Below are positions 9,757 through 18,502 of a DNA stretch of 64,000 nt, one piece after another; the first letter of the stretch is position 1; every line of letters begins with the position of its first letter. The position numbers were made by a program, and so were the translations under genes. Below the pieces are notes generated by a model. The model had not been told where the DNA came from. It was given only the letters and a program-made list of their open reading frames with translations, and searched no databases. Location of the stretch: the NCBI GenBank assembly GCA_036676395.1, contig JAKFCY010000003.1, forward strand, positions 256,001 to 320,000, given 5' to 3'. The stretch comes from Bdellovibrio sp. Lineage in GTDB: Bacteria > Bdellovibrionota > Bdellovibrionia > Bdellovibrionales > Bdellovibrionaceae.

Positions 9757-10718
9757 AATGGTTAACGTTTGTTATTTTCGCCTTCTTTGCACACAACTCA
9801 TTCGCTGCGGGCTCATGTGAAAATATCGATTTGCGCGATCAACTTGGCCCTGTGCTAAACCAAGATGGTACAGGATTATGTTATGCCTACACCGCTAGTG
9901 ACATCGTTTCTCATAAATTGGGTCGCAAGGTTTCTCCGGTAGACATTGCTCTTCAATACACTAAACATCGAGATGAATTAATGGTGCGTGGTGCGGGCAG
10001 TAAATATTTAAATCAAGTCACTGATGAGCGCAAAAGAGACATCTTTCACGGTGGCTGGGTTAGGTATGCTTTACAATATTCTAATCAAGTAGGATTTTGC
10101 GCCGACGAAAAAATTAATTCGAATGATTTCACAACTAATCGTGGCTTATTCAAAGGCTTAGTTAACTTGAATCAATTGAGTTTGCATCAATATAGTTTAG
10201 ATAGTTCTACTGGCGAATCTTGCGGAAAATTTGCTGAAATTCAAAAAGTTTTTCCAGGCGTAAGTATCCGTGAAATACAGGATATTGCCAATCGAAGCGA
10301 CATAACAAATGTTGGGGCTAACTTAACTGATAAAGCTTGCGAACCTCGCATTAAATCAACCACACCAATGAAGTTTAAAAATCTGCATAACGAAAGCAGT
10401 AGATCTGAAATTTTGCGCAGTTCTGATTTTAACGAAATCGACCGTGTTCTTAGCAAAAAACAACCTGTATCGGTTTCAATTTTTATGGATAAAATCTATA
10501 GTTTTGGTAAATCAAGTATCGCAAAACAACCCCGCCACGCTATTACATTGGCCGGAAGAAAATATAATCCGGCGACTGGCAAATGTGAATATATCTTAAA
10601 AAACTCTTGGGGACCAGAATGTGATCGCTATTACAAAGTACGTTGTGAAAATGGCTATTTATTCGTGCCTGAAGAAACGTTTAAATCAATTGTCTATGGG
10701 GCTGATTACATCGAATAA
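9753..10718 (+). CDS. Secreted papain-like (C1) cysteine peptidase
   Basis: DLR...NQDGTGLCYAY (Gln, Cys), RHAI (His), KNSWG (Asn). Confidence 0.88.
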   Translation: MKWLTFVIFAFFAHNSFAAGSCENIDLRDQLGPVLNQDGTGLCYAYTASDIVSHKLGRKVSPVDIALQYTKHRDELMVRGAGSKYLNQVTDERKRDIFHGGWVRYALQYSNQVGFCADEKINSNDFTTNRGLFKGLVNLNQLSLHQYSLDSSTGESCGKFAEIQKVFPGVSIREIQDIANRSDITNVGANLTDKACEPRIKSTTPMKFKNLHNESSRSEILRSSDFNEIDRVLSKKQPVSVSIFMDKIYSFGKSSIAKQPRHAITLAGRKYNPATGKCEYILKNSWGPECDRYYKVRCENGYLFVPEETFKSIVYGADYIE

Positions 10719-10725
10719 TTAAAAT

Positions 10726-11805
10726 TTAGCCGCGCGAACGAAATAAACAAAAGTTTCCGTAACTGAACACTTGCGGCGCCGACCAGTTTTTCTTTTCAGC
10801 AACTGTCATAAACTGTTCGCGAGCATTGCCTTTAGTGATGATCATAATTTTTTTAGTCGCTGCAATCGCATTAAGTTGCGCAATCACATGCATATATGTT
10901 TCTGCCGTAAAGGGATCAAACATATAATAAACTTCAGCTTCAGGAATTTTAAAATCCGCTAACGAAAGATCTTGATGAAAAAACTGAGTTTTCTTCTGAA
11001 TACCTAATTTATAAGCAGCAGCATTTGCTAAATCAACACGGTTACTTACAAACTCATAGCCCTTGAAATCGATATCTGGACGTAACAAGCTCACGACTAA
11101 GCCTACCCGGCCATAGCCAGAACCTAAATCAACAAAGCGTGCGTTTAATGGTATACGCAGATAATTAAGTGCAATGATGATCGTATTATAAGTCGATTGA
11201 ACACCTACGCCAGAGCCTTGATAAATTCGCTCTAGAGTTTCATCTGCAGCTTCTGTAGATTGCATTTCAATTTTATAATCCAGATTAAAAACATGATCTA
11301 AAATATCAAAAGTGCGATCTAAAGAAAAGCTGACTGGTTCTTTTTTATCATCGTATTGATTGTGAAGCTCTTGTTCGAATTCAAAAATTTCCAACATTAA
11401 TTTTAAACATTGAATAGTAAATACAGAATGCTCGCTATTTTCTAAATGAGTAATCTCAACTAAAAATGTTTTTAGGATCAACGTCACGTTACGACGCATG
11501 ACTTCGATTTCTGCAATATCTGCAGACTCAAGTGTCGAATGTAAAAATAGAATTAAGCTAAGTTCTTGCTTGAAAAACTTTTTAACAAAGTTTCCGAAAT
11601 GGGCTGGTTCTGATTTTTCTTTATTGTAAATCCAGTACTGCTCTTGGATAAATCGAAAGATCGTAATTAGAAATGCAGTATCAATAAATAGAGAGGCACG
11701 CTCGCGTACGGGCAATGAGCGCCATAGCGAGGTGATATCATTTTCACAGAGGCTTAAATTTTTATTTTTTAATAGAAGTATAAAGCTCTGTTGGTGGGTT
11801 CTCAT
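10726..11805 (-). CDS. Class I SAM-dependent methyltransferase (DOT1-like C-terminal domain)
   Basis: FVDLGSGYGRV, GYEF, YYMFDPF; about 190 aa unknown helical N-terminus. Confidence 0.8.
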   Translation of the reverse strand: MRTHQQSFILLLKNKNLSLCENDITSLWRSLPVRERASLFIDTAFLITIFRFIQEQYWIYNKEKSEPAHFGNFVKKFFKQELSLILFLHSTLESADIAEIEVMRRNVTLILKTFLVEITHLENSEHSVFTIQCLKLMLEIFEFEQELHNQYDDKKEPVSFSLDRTFDILDHVFNLDYKIEMQSTEAADETLERIYQGSGVGVQSTYNTIIIALNYLRIPLNARFVDLGSGYGRVGLVVSLLRPDIDFKGYEFVSNRVDLANAAAYKLGIQKKTQFFHQDLSLADFKIPEAEVYYMFDPFTAETYMHVIAQLNAIAATKKIMIITKGNAREQFMTVAEKKNWSAPQVFSYGNFCLFRSRG

Positions 11806-12035
11806 TACCTACCAACGTTTTTGTGTCGGTGAGTTATTAGTCCGTGCGTTGGATCATACGGAGATAATCCAACGTCAACAGAGTCACCTACAACAACCTT
11901 GATATTAAACTTTTTCATTTTACCACACAATCTAGCTTGGACTTTTACGCCATTATCTAGAGTGATGTGGTAAACGCCGCCCCCTGAAAGGTCATGTATT
12001 TTGCCTTTCAGAGTAACCAGGTCGTCTTTAGCCAC
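11805..12035 (-). CDS. infA: Translation initiation factor IF-1
   Basis: AKDD...G...LDNG...GKMKK.NIKVVVGD.V...SPYDPTHG.I. Confidence 0.92.
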   Translation of the reverse strand: MAKDDLVTLKGKIHDLSGGGVYHITLDNGVKVQARLCGKMKKFNIKVVVGDSVDVGLSPYDPTHGLITHRHKNVGR

Positions 12036-12352
12036 TAGTAACGACCGCCGCCGCCACCACCGCGAGATCCGCCGCCGAAGCCGCCACCGCGATTAGTTTT
12101 AGGTTCCATTGGTTTAGCTACAGTAACAGTCATAGCACGTTGTAATTGCTCAGAACCGTTTAATTTTTGGATAGCGTCGTTAGCTTCAGCTTCAGTAGAC
12201 ATTTCTACGAATGCGAAACCTTTAGAGCGACCAGATTCACGGTCCATGATGATTTTTGTAGATTGAACGTTACCAACTTCAGAAAATAAGTTAGTTAGAG
12301 TTTGTTCATCCATTTTAAAAGATAAGTTTCCAACGTATAGTTTGTTGTTCAT
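12035..12352 (-). CDS. RRM RNA-binding protein with Gly/RGG tail
   Basis: RNP2 LYVGNL, RNP1 KGFAFVEM; tail RGGGFGGGSRGGGGGGRY. Confidence 0.95.
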   Translation of the reverse strand: MNNKLYVGNLSFKMDEQTLTNLFSEVGNVQSTKIIMDRESGRSKGFAFVEMSTEAEANDAIQKLNGSEQLQRAMTVTVAKPMEPKTNRGGGFGGGSRGGGGGGRY

Positions 12353-12354
12353 AA

Positions 12355-12391
12355 TTCCTCCTCAGGAATAAAGTGTTCGCCTAAGAAGAAA
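12355..12391 (-). promoter_or_regulatory. SD-sequestering 5'UTR hairpin
   Basis: UUUCUUCUUAGG pairs with CCUGAGGAGGAA (12 bp, 3 G-U), covering the SD. Confidence 0.55.
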
Positions 12392-12556
12392 GAGCTTAAT
12401 GCTTTTGATCGATAGTACAGAACGGTTGAGACTTAGATTTAAACTATTTTTGCGTCTTTACCTAGCAAATAATGCTTTTTCTTTCAGAAGCTATTCTATT
12501 CGATATAAAGGGAATTTTTACCCCATTTGCTCAACTTTTAATTGTTGAGGGCTAGT

Positions 12557-13027
12557 TTAATGCAGAAGCTTTGTGCCCACCGTGTTAACAGAGGCATTCA
12601 CCTCGGCGCTAGTCGCATCGCGGACTTCAAGGGCTTCGATTTCGAATACCAGATCCTGACCAGCTAACGGATGGTTTCCATCCAGTCTAATAAAGTCATT
12701 TTGAAACTCTACTACTTTGTAGGTTCTAGAGTTTCCGCTTTTTCCGATAATCGAAATAATTTGGCCAATGCGAAGATCTTTTCCGAGCTTTTTAACAGGA
12801 TAAAGAATAATTTTTTGCAGGTCATAAAAACCGTAGGCCTCGCTGGCAGTGATACTAATTTTTCGGTGTTCGCCTTTTTTTAGATTTTGCAAACCTTGAG
12901 TAAGCCCAACTAACATGGTGTCAGCCGGATTAACTGAAGTTAAAACATCACGATTGTAGGTAGTACTAATTAACTGACCAGCTGTATTTTTTAGAATGCA
13001 GTTAAATGAAATAATTTGCGAATTCAT
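12557..13027 (-). CDS. FKBP-type peptidyl-prolyl isomerase, SlyD-like
   Basis: EAYG, LDGNHPLAGQDLVFEIE...VRDAT; no His-rich tail. Confidence 0.9.
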   Translation of the reverse strand: MNSQIISFNCILKNTAGQLISTTYNRDVLTSVNPADTMLVGLTQGLQNLKKGEHRKISITASEAYGFYDLQKIILYPVKKLGKDLRIGQIISIIGKSGNSRTYKVVEFQNDFIRLDGNHPLAGQDLVFEIEALEVRDATSAEVNASVNTVGTKLLH

Positions 13028-13044
13028 CAGTTCCCCTATCGCGA

Positions 13045-13074
13045 AAATAAAAACCGACCTATTACGGTCGGTTT
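13045..13074 (-). terminator. Intrinsic terminator after second RRM gene
   Basis: aaaccgacc/ggtcggttt stem followed by a T-run on the minus strand. Confidence 0.75.
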
Positions 13075-13096
13075 AATTAATTTTTAACTAAAAAAA

Positions 13097-13366
13097 TTAG
13101 TATGAATTAGTACGAGGAGCCATTGGTTTAGCTTCTGAAACATTCATAGCGCGACCATCAAAATCAGTTCCGTTAAAACGGCTGATAGTTGTCGTAGCTT
13201 CTGCAGAAGTAGACATTTCTACGAATGCAAAACCTTTAGAGCGACCAGAATCGCGATCCATAATGATTTTAACTGATTGAACAGTTCCACACTCAGAAAA
13301 TTTATCACCTAATGATTGATCAGTTGCAGAATATGGCAAATTGCCAACGTATAATTTATTACTCAT
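13097..13366 (-). CDS. RRM RNA-binding protein (no Gly tail)
   Basis: LYVGNL, KGFAFVEM. Confidence 0.95.
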   Translation of the reverse strand: MSNKLYVGNLPYSATDQSLGDKFSECGTVQSVKIIMDRDSGRSKGFAFVEMSTSAEATTTISRFNGTDFDGRAMNVSEAKPMAPRTNSY

Positions 13367-13371
13367 AAAAA

Positions 13372-13402
13372 CCTCCTAAAGGCTTGAGCGCTACTTCGGA
13401 GG
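13372..13402 (-). promoter_or_regulatory. SD-sequestering 5'UTR hairpin
   Basis: CCUCCGAAG pairs with CUUUAGGAGG (9 bp, one bulged A). Confidence 0.5.
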
Positions 13403-13647
13403 AATTGAACAGAATGAACAAGGTCTCTAACTTAGCTATTTACTTATCGGCACTTTACCACGAATAAAAAAATCGACCTAATTTATAATTGGTTCAGATC
13501 GTTGCAGTCGCATTTGAACTAGATAGTTTGTGTTCGACCTCTAAGTGGCTCAGAACGATTAGAGGTCTTTTATTGAAAATTTAATGGTCATTAACTTTAT
13601 AGATTGAATTTCTTTTAGCGCAGTTTCGCGCGAATATTACGATTCTT

Positions 13648-13854
13648 TTAACATTTGTTCGGCTCCAGAAAGTCGAAACCAAAAATCATTAACTGCAAAG
13701 TAAAAAACACAAGCAAGCCGATGATAATACTTCGACGCGTAGCTTGAAGCATCTTTAGATAAATTAAGATGGCTTTTTTCTTAACCTGACCAAACGCATA
13801 TTTATACGCCATTTGACTTAAAAAAAATGAGAAAATCTTTCGCATCCAATTCAT
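13648..13854 (-). pseudogene. Short membrane-protein ORF, possibly a truncated remnant
   Basis: Basic amphipathic N-terminus and one hydrophobic helix, then an abrupt stop. Confidence 0.3.
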
Positions 13855-14164
13855 TGTTTTTTCACACTAATCTTGTTTGCGCTGACCGAAAATCCAACCG
13901 ACAACAAATGCAATTAGCCACCACTGTTGCTATTCAGCGGCAAACATACCGTTTATACAATTATGATACTGATTACCTATCAATCGAAAAAACTGTGTTA
14001 GCTTTCACAGTTCGACAAAAACTGGGCCACAATTTTAAAGAAAAATATTTTCATTCAACTACCCAAACACGTAAAGATGATAAACAATTAATAAAAAAGA
14101 ACTCAGAAAATTTTATCGAACTCAGTTTATCGTACGGAAAAAATTGACCGCCGAAGGATGAATA

Positions 14165-14863
14165 ATGAACTGGCACGCCCAACACGAAAAACACAAAACG
14201 ACAAATATAGGATGGATAAGAGCCGCGGTTTTAGGGGCCAATGATGGCATAGTTTCTACAGCCAGTTTAATAGTTGGTGTCGCTTCAGCAAATGCCACTT
14301 ACCAAAATATTTTAATCAGCGGAGTTGCCGGATTAGCTGCCGGAGCCCTATCGATGGCGGCCGGAGAATACGTTTCTGTCAGCTCACAATCTGATACTGA
14401 AAAAGCTGATCTTGCTCGCGAGGCGCTAGAGCTGGAAGCCGACCCTGAATTTGAACTTAAAGAACTTCAACAAATTTATATCGGGCGCGGACTCTCGCCT
14501 GATCTTGCGAAACAAGTTGCCATAGAACTCACAAAACACGATGCCTTAGGCAGTCATGCGCGCGATGAACTCGGCATCACAGAAATTCATAAAGCACGAC
14601 CCATCCAGGCGGCCTTTGCATCTGCTATTACATTTGCTACTGGTGCTGCATTACCGTTGCTGGTCGTAGTTATATCGCCAACGTCTCATCTACCTCTCAC
14701 TGTATCCATAGCATCGATTCTTTTTTTATTTTTTCTCGGAGTTCTTTCAGCTATTGCAGGCGGAGCTAACATTAGAAGAGCTGCTCTTCGTATTTCCTTT
14801 TGGGGAGCTTTTGCAATGGCTATAACCGCTGCTATCGGCCATGTATTCGGCACAATTCTATAA
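14165..14863 (+). CDS. VIT1/CCC1-family Fe/Mn transporter
   Basis: RAAVLGANDGIVST, SMAAGEYVSVSSQ, HARDELG. Confidence 0.95.
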   Translation: MNWHAQHEKHKTTNIGWIRAAVLGANDGIVSTASLIVGVASANATYQNILISGVAGLAAGALSMAAGEYVSVSSQSDTEKADLAREALELEADPEFELKELQQIYIGRGLSPDLAKQVAIELTKHDALGSHARDELGITEIHKARPIQAAFASAITFATGAALPLLVVVISPTSHLPLTVSIASILFLFFLGVLSAIAGGANIRRAALRISFWGAFAMAITAAIGHVFGTIL

Positions 14864-14886
14864 ATTTAAAAATTGTGTTAGAAGAA

Positions 14887-14962
14887 TGGTGGCCAAGGAC
14901 GGAATTGAACCGCCGACACGATGATTTTCAGTCATCTGCTCTACCGACTGAGCTACTTGGCC
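14887..14962 (-). tRNA. tRNA-Phe (GAA)
   Basis: 76 nt GGCCAAG...CTGAAAA...GGTTCAATTCC...CTTGGCCACCA; cloverleaf with encoded CCA. Confidence 0.97.
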
Positions 14963-15138
14963 GATCTAAAAAGTGAACTTGGAAATTATCTATTCAGCCT
15001 AATCAAGTCAACTATTTAGCCAGCCCTTTCAGAATTCATTCTGGTTTGTGATTAATAAATAATCATAAATAGGCTGTGCCCGTTAATTTAGCCCGGGCAG
15101 CGTTTGATTTTTGCTCAAAATCATTAAAAGATAACGTC

Positions 15139-16311
15139 TTGAAGTCATATTTAGCCCTACTTATTTTCAGCGCCTCATCATTCTTGGCTATTTCTGCACA
15201 GGCCTATCCACATTTTATCGGTTACGGCTATTCTTCGTGTATTACCTGCCATTACAGCGGTTCAGGTGGTGGTGCATTGAATGATTATGGTCGCGCATTA
15301 TTTGCGAATGAAATTGCCGCCCGCGATTTCATCGATGATCAAGTTTCGGATGAAGAGCTATCTGAGCGCTCAGGATTTTTAGGTAAAAAACCGTTACCGT
15401 GGTGGTTGCGCCCGGGTTTTAAATACCGTGGCTTATGGATGCGCAGCAATCCGGGTTCTGCGCAAACGCAAGTTGATCGTCACATCAACATGCAAACTGA
15501 TTTAAACTTAAATTTCTTTTTTGATAAAAAGCAAAAATTCACTTTAGTTACAACATCAACTTACACTGACCGCTACCCTCCATATCCAGATATTCAAAAG
15601 TGGAGCACATTCACAAAAGAATATTACTTACGTTGGAAAATCGCGAATACTTACTGGTTGTATATCGGCCAAATGGATAAAACATTTGGCATTCGCGATG
15701 CCGATCATACAGCAGTAAACCGTAAAGTATTACGATTAGGCCAGTACGATCAATCTTTAGGTGCGATCTTTCATGTGACTTATCCTGAGTGGGATGTGGC
15801 TTTAAATTATTTCACGGGTAACGCTAAAGAACCGACTGTGGATAAACAACAGGGTTTAGCAGTAACCGGAGAATACCAGTTCATTGAAAAACTTAAAGTC
15901 GGCGCTTCTTATTTAAATTCAAGCAGCGAAAGTGTGACGTGGAATATTTTTGCTCTGCATACTCGTATTGGCTTGGTTAAAGGTTCATCGTTTTTGGTCG
16001 AAGTTGGTTTAAAAGAAAAAAAGAATAAAACAATCGTTACGACTGATAAAACCCCGCTGGGCTCTTATGTTTGGTTAAGTTCGATGATTAATTTACGCCG
16101 TGGTTATAATTTATTATCAAATATTGAATTTAGCCGCAGTGATATGAATAAAACCAGTGATGAATATTATCGCTGGAGTTTGGGAACGATTTTTTTTCCG
16201 ATTCCACGCACTGAAGTTCGTTTAATGGCGATCAATGGTAAATCTTTTTCTGAGGGAGGCGCAAGTGAAGACAGCTGGATGTTGCAATCACAATTTCACC
16301 TTTCATATTAG
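15139..16311 (+). CDS. Monoheme cytochrome c-porin fusion (Cyc2-like architecture)
   Basis: Signal peptide ending AQA, then YPHF...CITCH...LNDYGR, then amphipathic beta-strands ending QFHLSY; TTG start assumed. Confidence 0.7.
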   Translation: MKSYLALLIFSASSFLAISAQAYPHFIGYGYSSCITCHYSGSGGGALNDYGRALFANEIAARDFIDDQVSDEELSERSGFLGKKPLPWWLRPGFKYRGLWMRSNPGSAQTQVDRHINMQTDLNLNFFFDKKQKFTLVTTSTYTDRYPPYPDIQKWSTFTKEYYLRWKIANTYWLYIGQMDKTFGIRDADHTAVNRKVLRLGQYDQSLGAIFHVTYPEWDVALNYFTGNAKEPTVDKQQGLAVTGEYQFIEKLKVGASYLNSSSESVTWNIFALHTRIGLVKGSSFLVEVGLKEKKNKTIVTTDKTPLGSYVWLSSMINLRRGYNLLSNIEFSRSDMNKTSDEYYRWSLGTIFFPIPRTEVRLMAINGKSFSEGGASEDSWMLQSQFHLSY

Positions 16312-16858
16312 TTTTATTTTTGTATTTTTATTTTCAGTTTCAGCTTTTACGCAAACTAAAGTTTACACTTATCACAGCATCGGCATCGCGCAAATTCAGT
16401 TTCAGGAAGATCTAAAGCTTGAAAAAACTATTTCTCGCGATACAGATTTTGCAAATTACCGCGGCACCGTCATCCAAATTCAAAAGCAAAGTTCGATTCA
16501 GGGGCTTGGGTTTAGCATGGGGGCTCTGGTTGGAACAGGGCGCGCCGTAGCGGCAGGCTTTGGCGAAACTTTGACGTATACAGGTGGAACAAATTGGTTC
16601 TTACTCGGAATTACACCCAAAGGATATTACCGCTTAACTAAGCCAATATCTTTTGGACTTCAGGGCTTAGCTTTTTTTAAAAGCGTTAAATGGCCAGATC
16701 ATAATTCAATCGAGGCTACCGGAAAGCACAATTTTAATTTTGCTATTCTTGGCGATTTATCAATGCAGTTAACTGATGATATCGAATTCGTTCAAAGCGT
16801 AGGATCAATCAATGGCGATTCTACACTTTGGAAAATAGGTTTGAACTATCTATACTAA
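16264..16858 (+). CDS. Small outer-membrane beta-barrel protein
   Basis: GGAGG before GTG 16264; hydrophobic leader; terminal WKIGLNYLY. Confidence 0.65.
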
Positions 16859-17365
16859 TTATTTTTTTACTGGAGCCGCCGCAGATGCTGGCACGCCAAT
16901 CGGAATCACAACCTGGATTTTGACTTCATCTTCAACACCAACACCCATGTAATTGATATCGGTGATTTTAAAATCTGGTAAGTTTAAAGAAAAATCAGCC
17001 TGTAAATTTTTACCCACAATTTTGTAGGTTCCTTTGATTTCTTTTTCTTCGCCGTTAATTTTAATACGACCAATGCCTTTACCATTTTTACCTTTAGCGA
17101 TGCTTAAAATCGCTTCTGGATGTTTATCAGTGCGCAAATGTTTTTGCGTATGCTTATCACGCAGTTCGATCCCCGTTTTTAATGTGCGCAAATCAACTTT
17201 TATATTTTGTGCACTGACATCAGTTCCAGTAACTATGGCATTTCCTGAAATGCTTTCAGTTTTTGCTTTAAAGTTTCCCATAGGGTTCAAGACAACGTCT
17301 ACTGTGACCTGTGCCCATAGATTAAATGAAAATAGTAACGCTGTTATAAAAGTAATTTTATTCAT
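16859..17365 (-). CDS. YceI-family lipid/polyisoprenoid-binding protein
   Basis: Signal peptide; LKTGIELRDKH, HPEA, INGEEK, LPDFKI. Confidence 0.9.
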   Translation of the reverse strand: MNKITFITALLFSFNLWAQVTVDVVLNPMGNFKAKTESISGNAIVTGTDVSAQNIKVDLRTLKTGIELRDKHTQKHLRTDKHPEAILSIAKGKNGKGIGRIKINGEEKEIKGTYKIVGKNLQADFSLNLPDFKITDINYMGVGVEDEVKIQVVIPIGVPASAAAPVKK

Positions 17366-17385
17366 AGAAAAAGTATTTCCTGTAT

Positions 17386-18393
17386 TTATTGGATACTCAA
17401 GATCCAGGCTTCAACTGCCTGGACTTCTGATAGCGGAATTGCACCTGTGGTCGGCATATTTTTTGGACCACCTGCTGTTGATGAACCAGATAAGCGGTAA
17501 TAAAGTTTTGAATTTGATAAATCGCCGGCTGCGACCAGTTGTTTTTGGATGGCTTTTGAAGTTGTTAAAGCACGAAAGTCGCCATTGTTAGAACTGCTAT
17601 GACAAGATAAACAGCGAGCATTAATAACAGCAAACGCAGCTTGCGCTTCTGCAGTTTCAGATGCACCCCCGCTGCCAGTTCCAGTATCATCGACCACGGC
17701 GGGATCAAGAGCTACTGTTGAAAGATTATATTTTTGTGCTAAATAGCGCGACATCACATTTAGTTCTGCCGCATTTAAAGCCCGGGGATAAAAAATAACT
17801 TCTTTCACGCGATTCGTATCGTAATCAACAGATTTTGCCAATAATGAAAAATCTAAATTTGCACCGGTACTTATTGCTGTTGTTTTTTGTAAGTATCCAT
17901 CTACCAACACAATAGCATTACTAATTTTTGGCCCACTTGAAAATGCAACAATAGTTATTGGATTGAAACTTTTTGCGTTAAATTCGCTGATCGCATAATT
18001 TGAAGCATCACCAATTTGTGTTATTGATATTTTGCCGCCAGAAATACTTATAAGACTTTCTTCAGTGCCAGAACCCGAGTTAACTGAAACTATTTCTCCG
18101 TCGCTAGTATCTGTTACGACCGCAATCATCGACCAGTCAGTTGCAAAAGCCGGGGTATTATCAACCGAGACGTTCAAATCTTGTTGCCAGTAACTAATAT
18201 TATCAGAAGTTGTAAGTTGAGAAAGATACTGCAAATCAAGTTTTCTGGCGTAATCTAAAATAGTTTCTTGCGACATGATCTCTTCTTTGACGACGAAACC
18301 TTTACTGCAATTTTGAAATAAAAAAAGCAAGCAAGCCGAAATAACGGTCGCTACGAAAATTACATTTTTTCGACGTGCTTTAAATATTTTCAT
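17386..18393 (-). CDS. Lipoprotein with LamG-like domain and C-terminal planctomycete-type cytochrome c
   Basis: FQNC lipobox; EVIFYPRAL...YLAQKY; CLSCH...GD..NSKL...MP...WI. Confidence 0.75.
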   Translation of the reverse strand: MKIFKARRKNVIFVATVISACLLFLFQNCSKGFVVKEEIMSQETILDYARKLDLQYLSQLTTSDNISYWQQDLNVSVDNTPAFATDWSMIAVVTDTSDGEIVSVNSGSGTEESLISISGGKISITQIGDASNYAISEFNAKSFNPITIVAFSSGPKISNAIVLVDGYLQKTTAISTGANLDFSLLAKSVDYDTNRVKEVIFYPRALNAAELNVMSRYLAQKYNLSTVALDPAVVDDTGTGSGGASETAEAQAAFAVINARCLSCHSSSNNGDFRALTTSKAIQKQLVAAGDLSNSKLYYRLSGSSTAGGPKNMPTTGAIPLSEVQAVEAWILSIQ

Positions 18394-18502
18394 TTGTTTT
18401 AAAGATTCCCCTTTTAAAATATTAACTTTTTTCTACCTTGAAACCCTAGTGAATTTAAGAAAACGTCTAGATTTGAGATAGACCAAGGGTTGATACAGTC
18501 AT

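Noticed and set aside
13444..13451. Perfect sigma28 -10 GCCGATAA upstream of the RRM gene
   Set aside because: No TAAA-like -35 at 15-nt spacing (TTTT found)
13827..14147. 106-aa plus-strand ORF
   Set aside because: No SD, motif or typical composition; overlaps another ORF; probably spurious
4237..14887. Integrative element at tRNA-Phe
   Set aside because: No integrase and no duplicated tRNA 3' end seen in the window
17034..17591. 185-aa plus-strand ORF and other antisense ORFs within mdh, sucCD, rimO, asnS and similar genes
   Set aside because: Antisense to well-supported genes, no motifs
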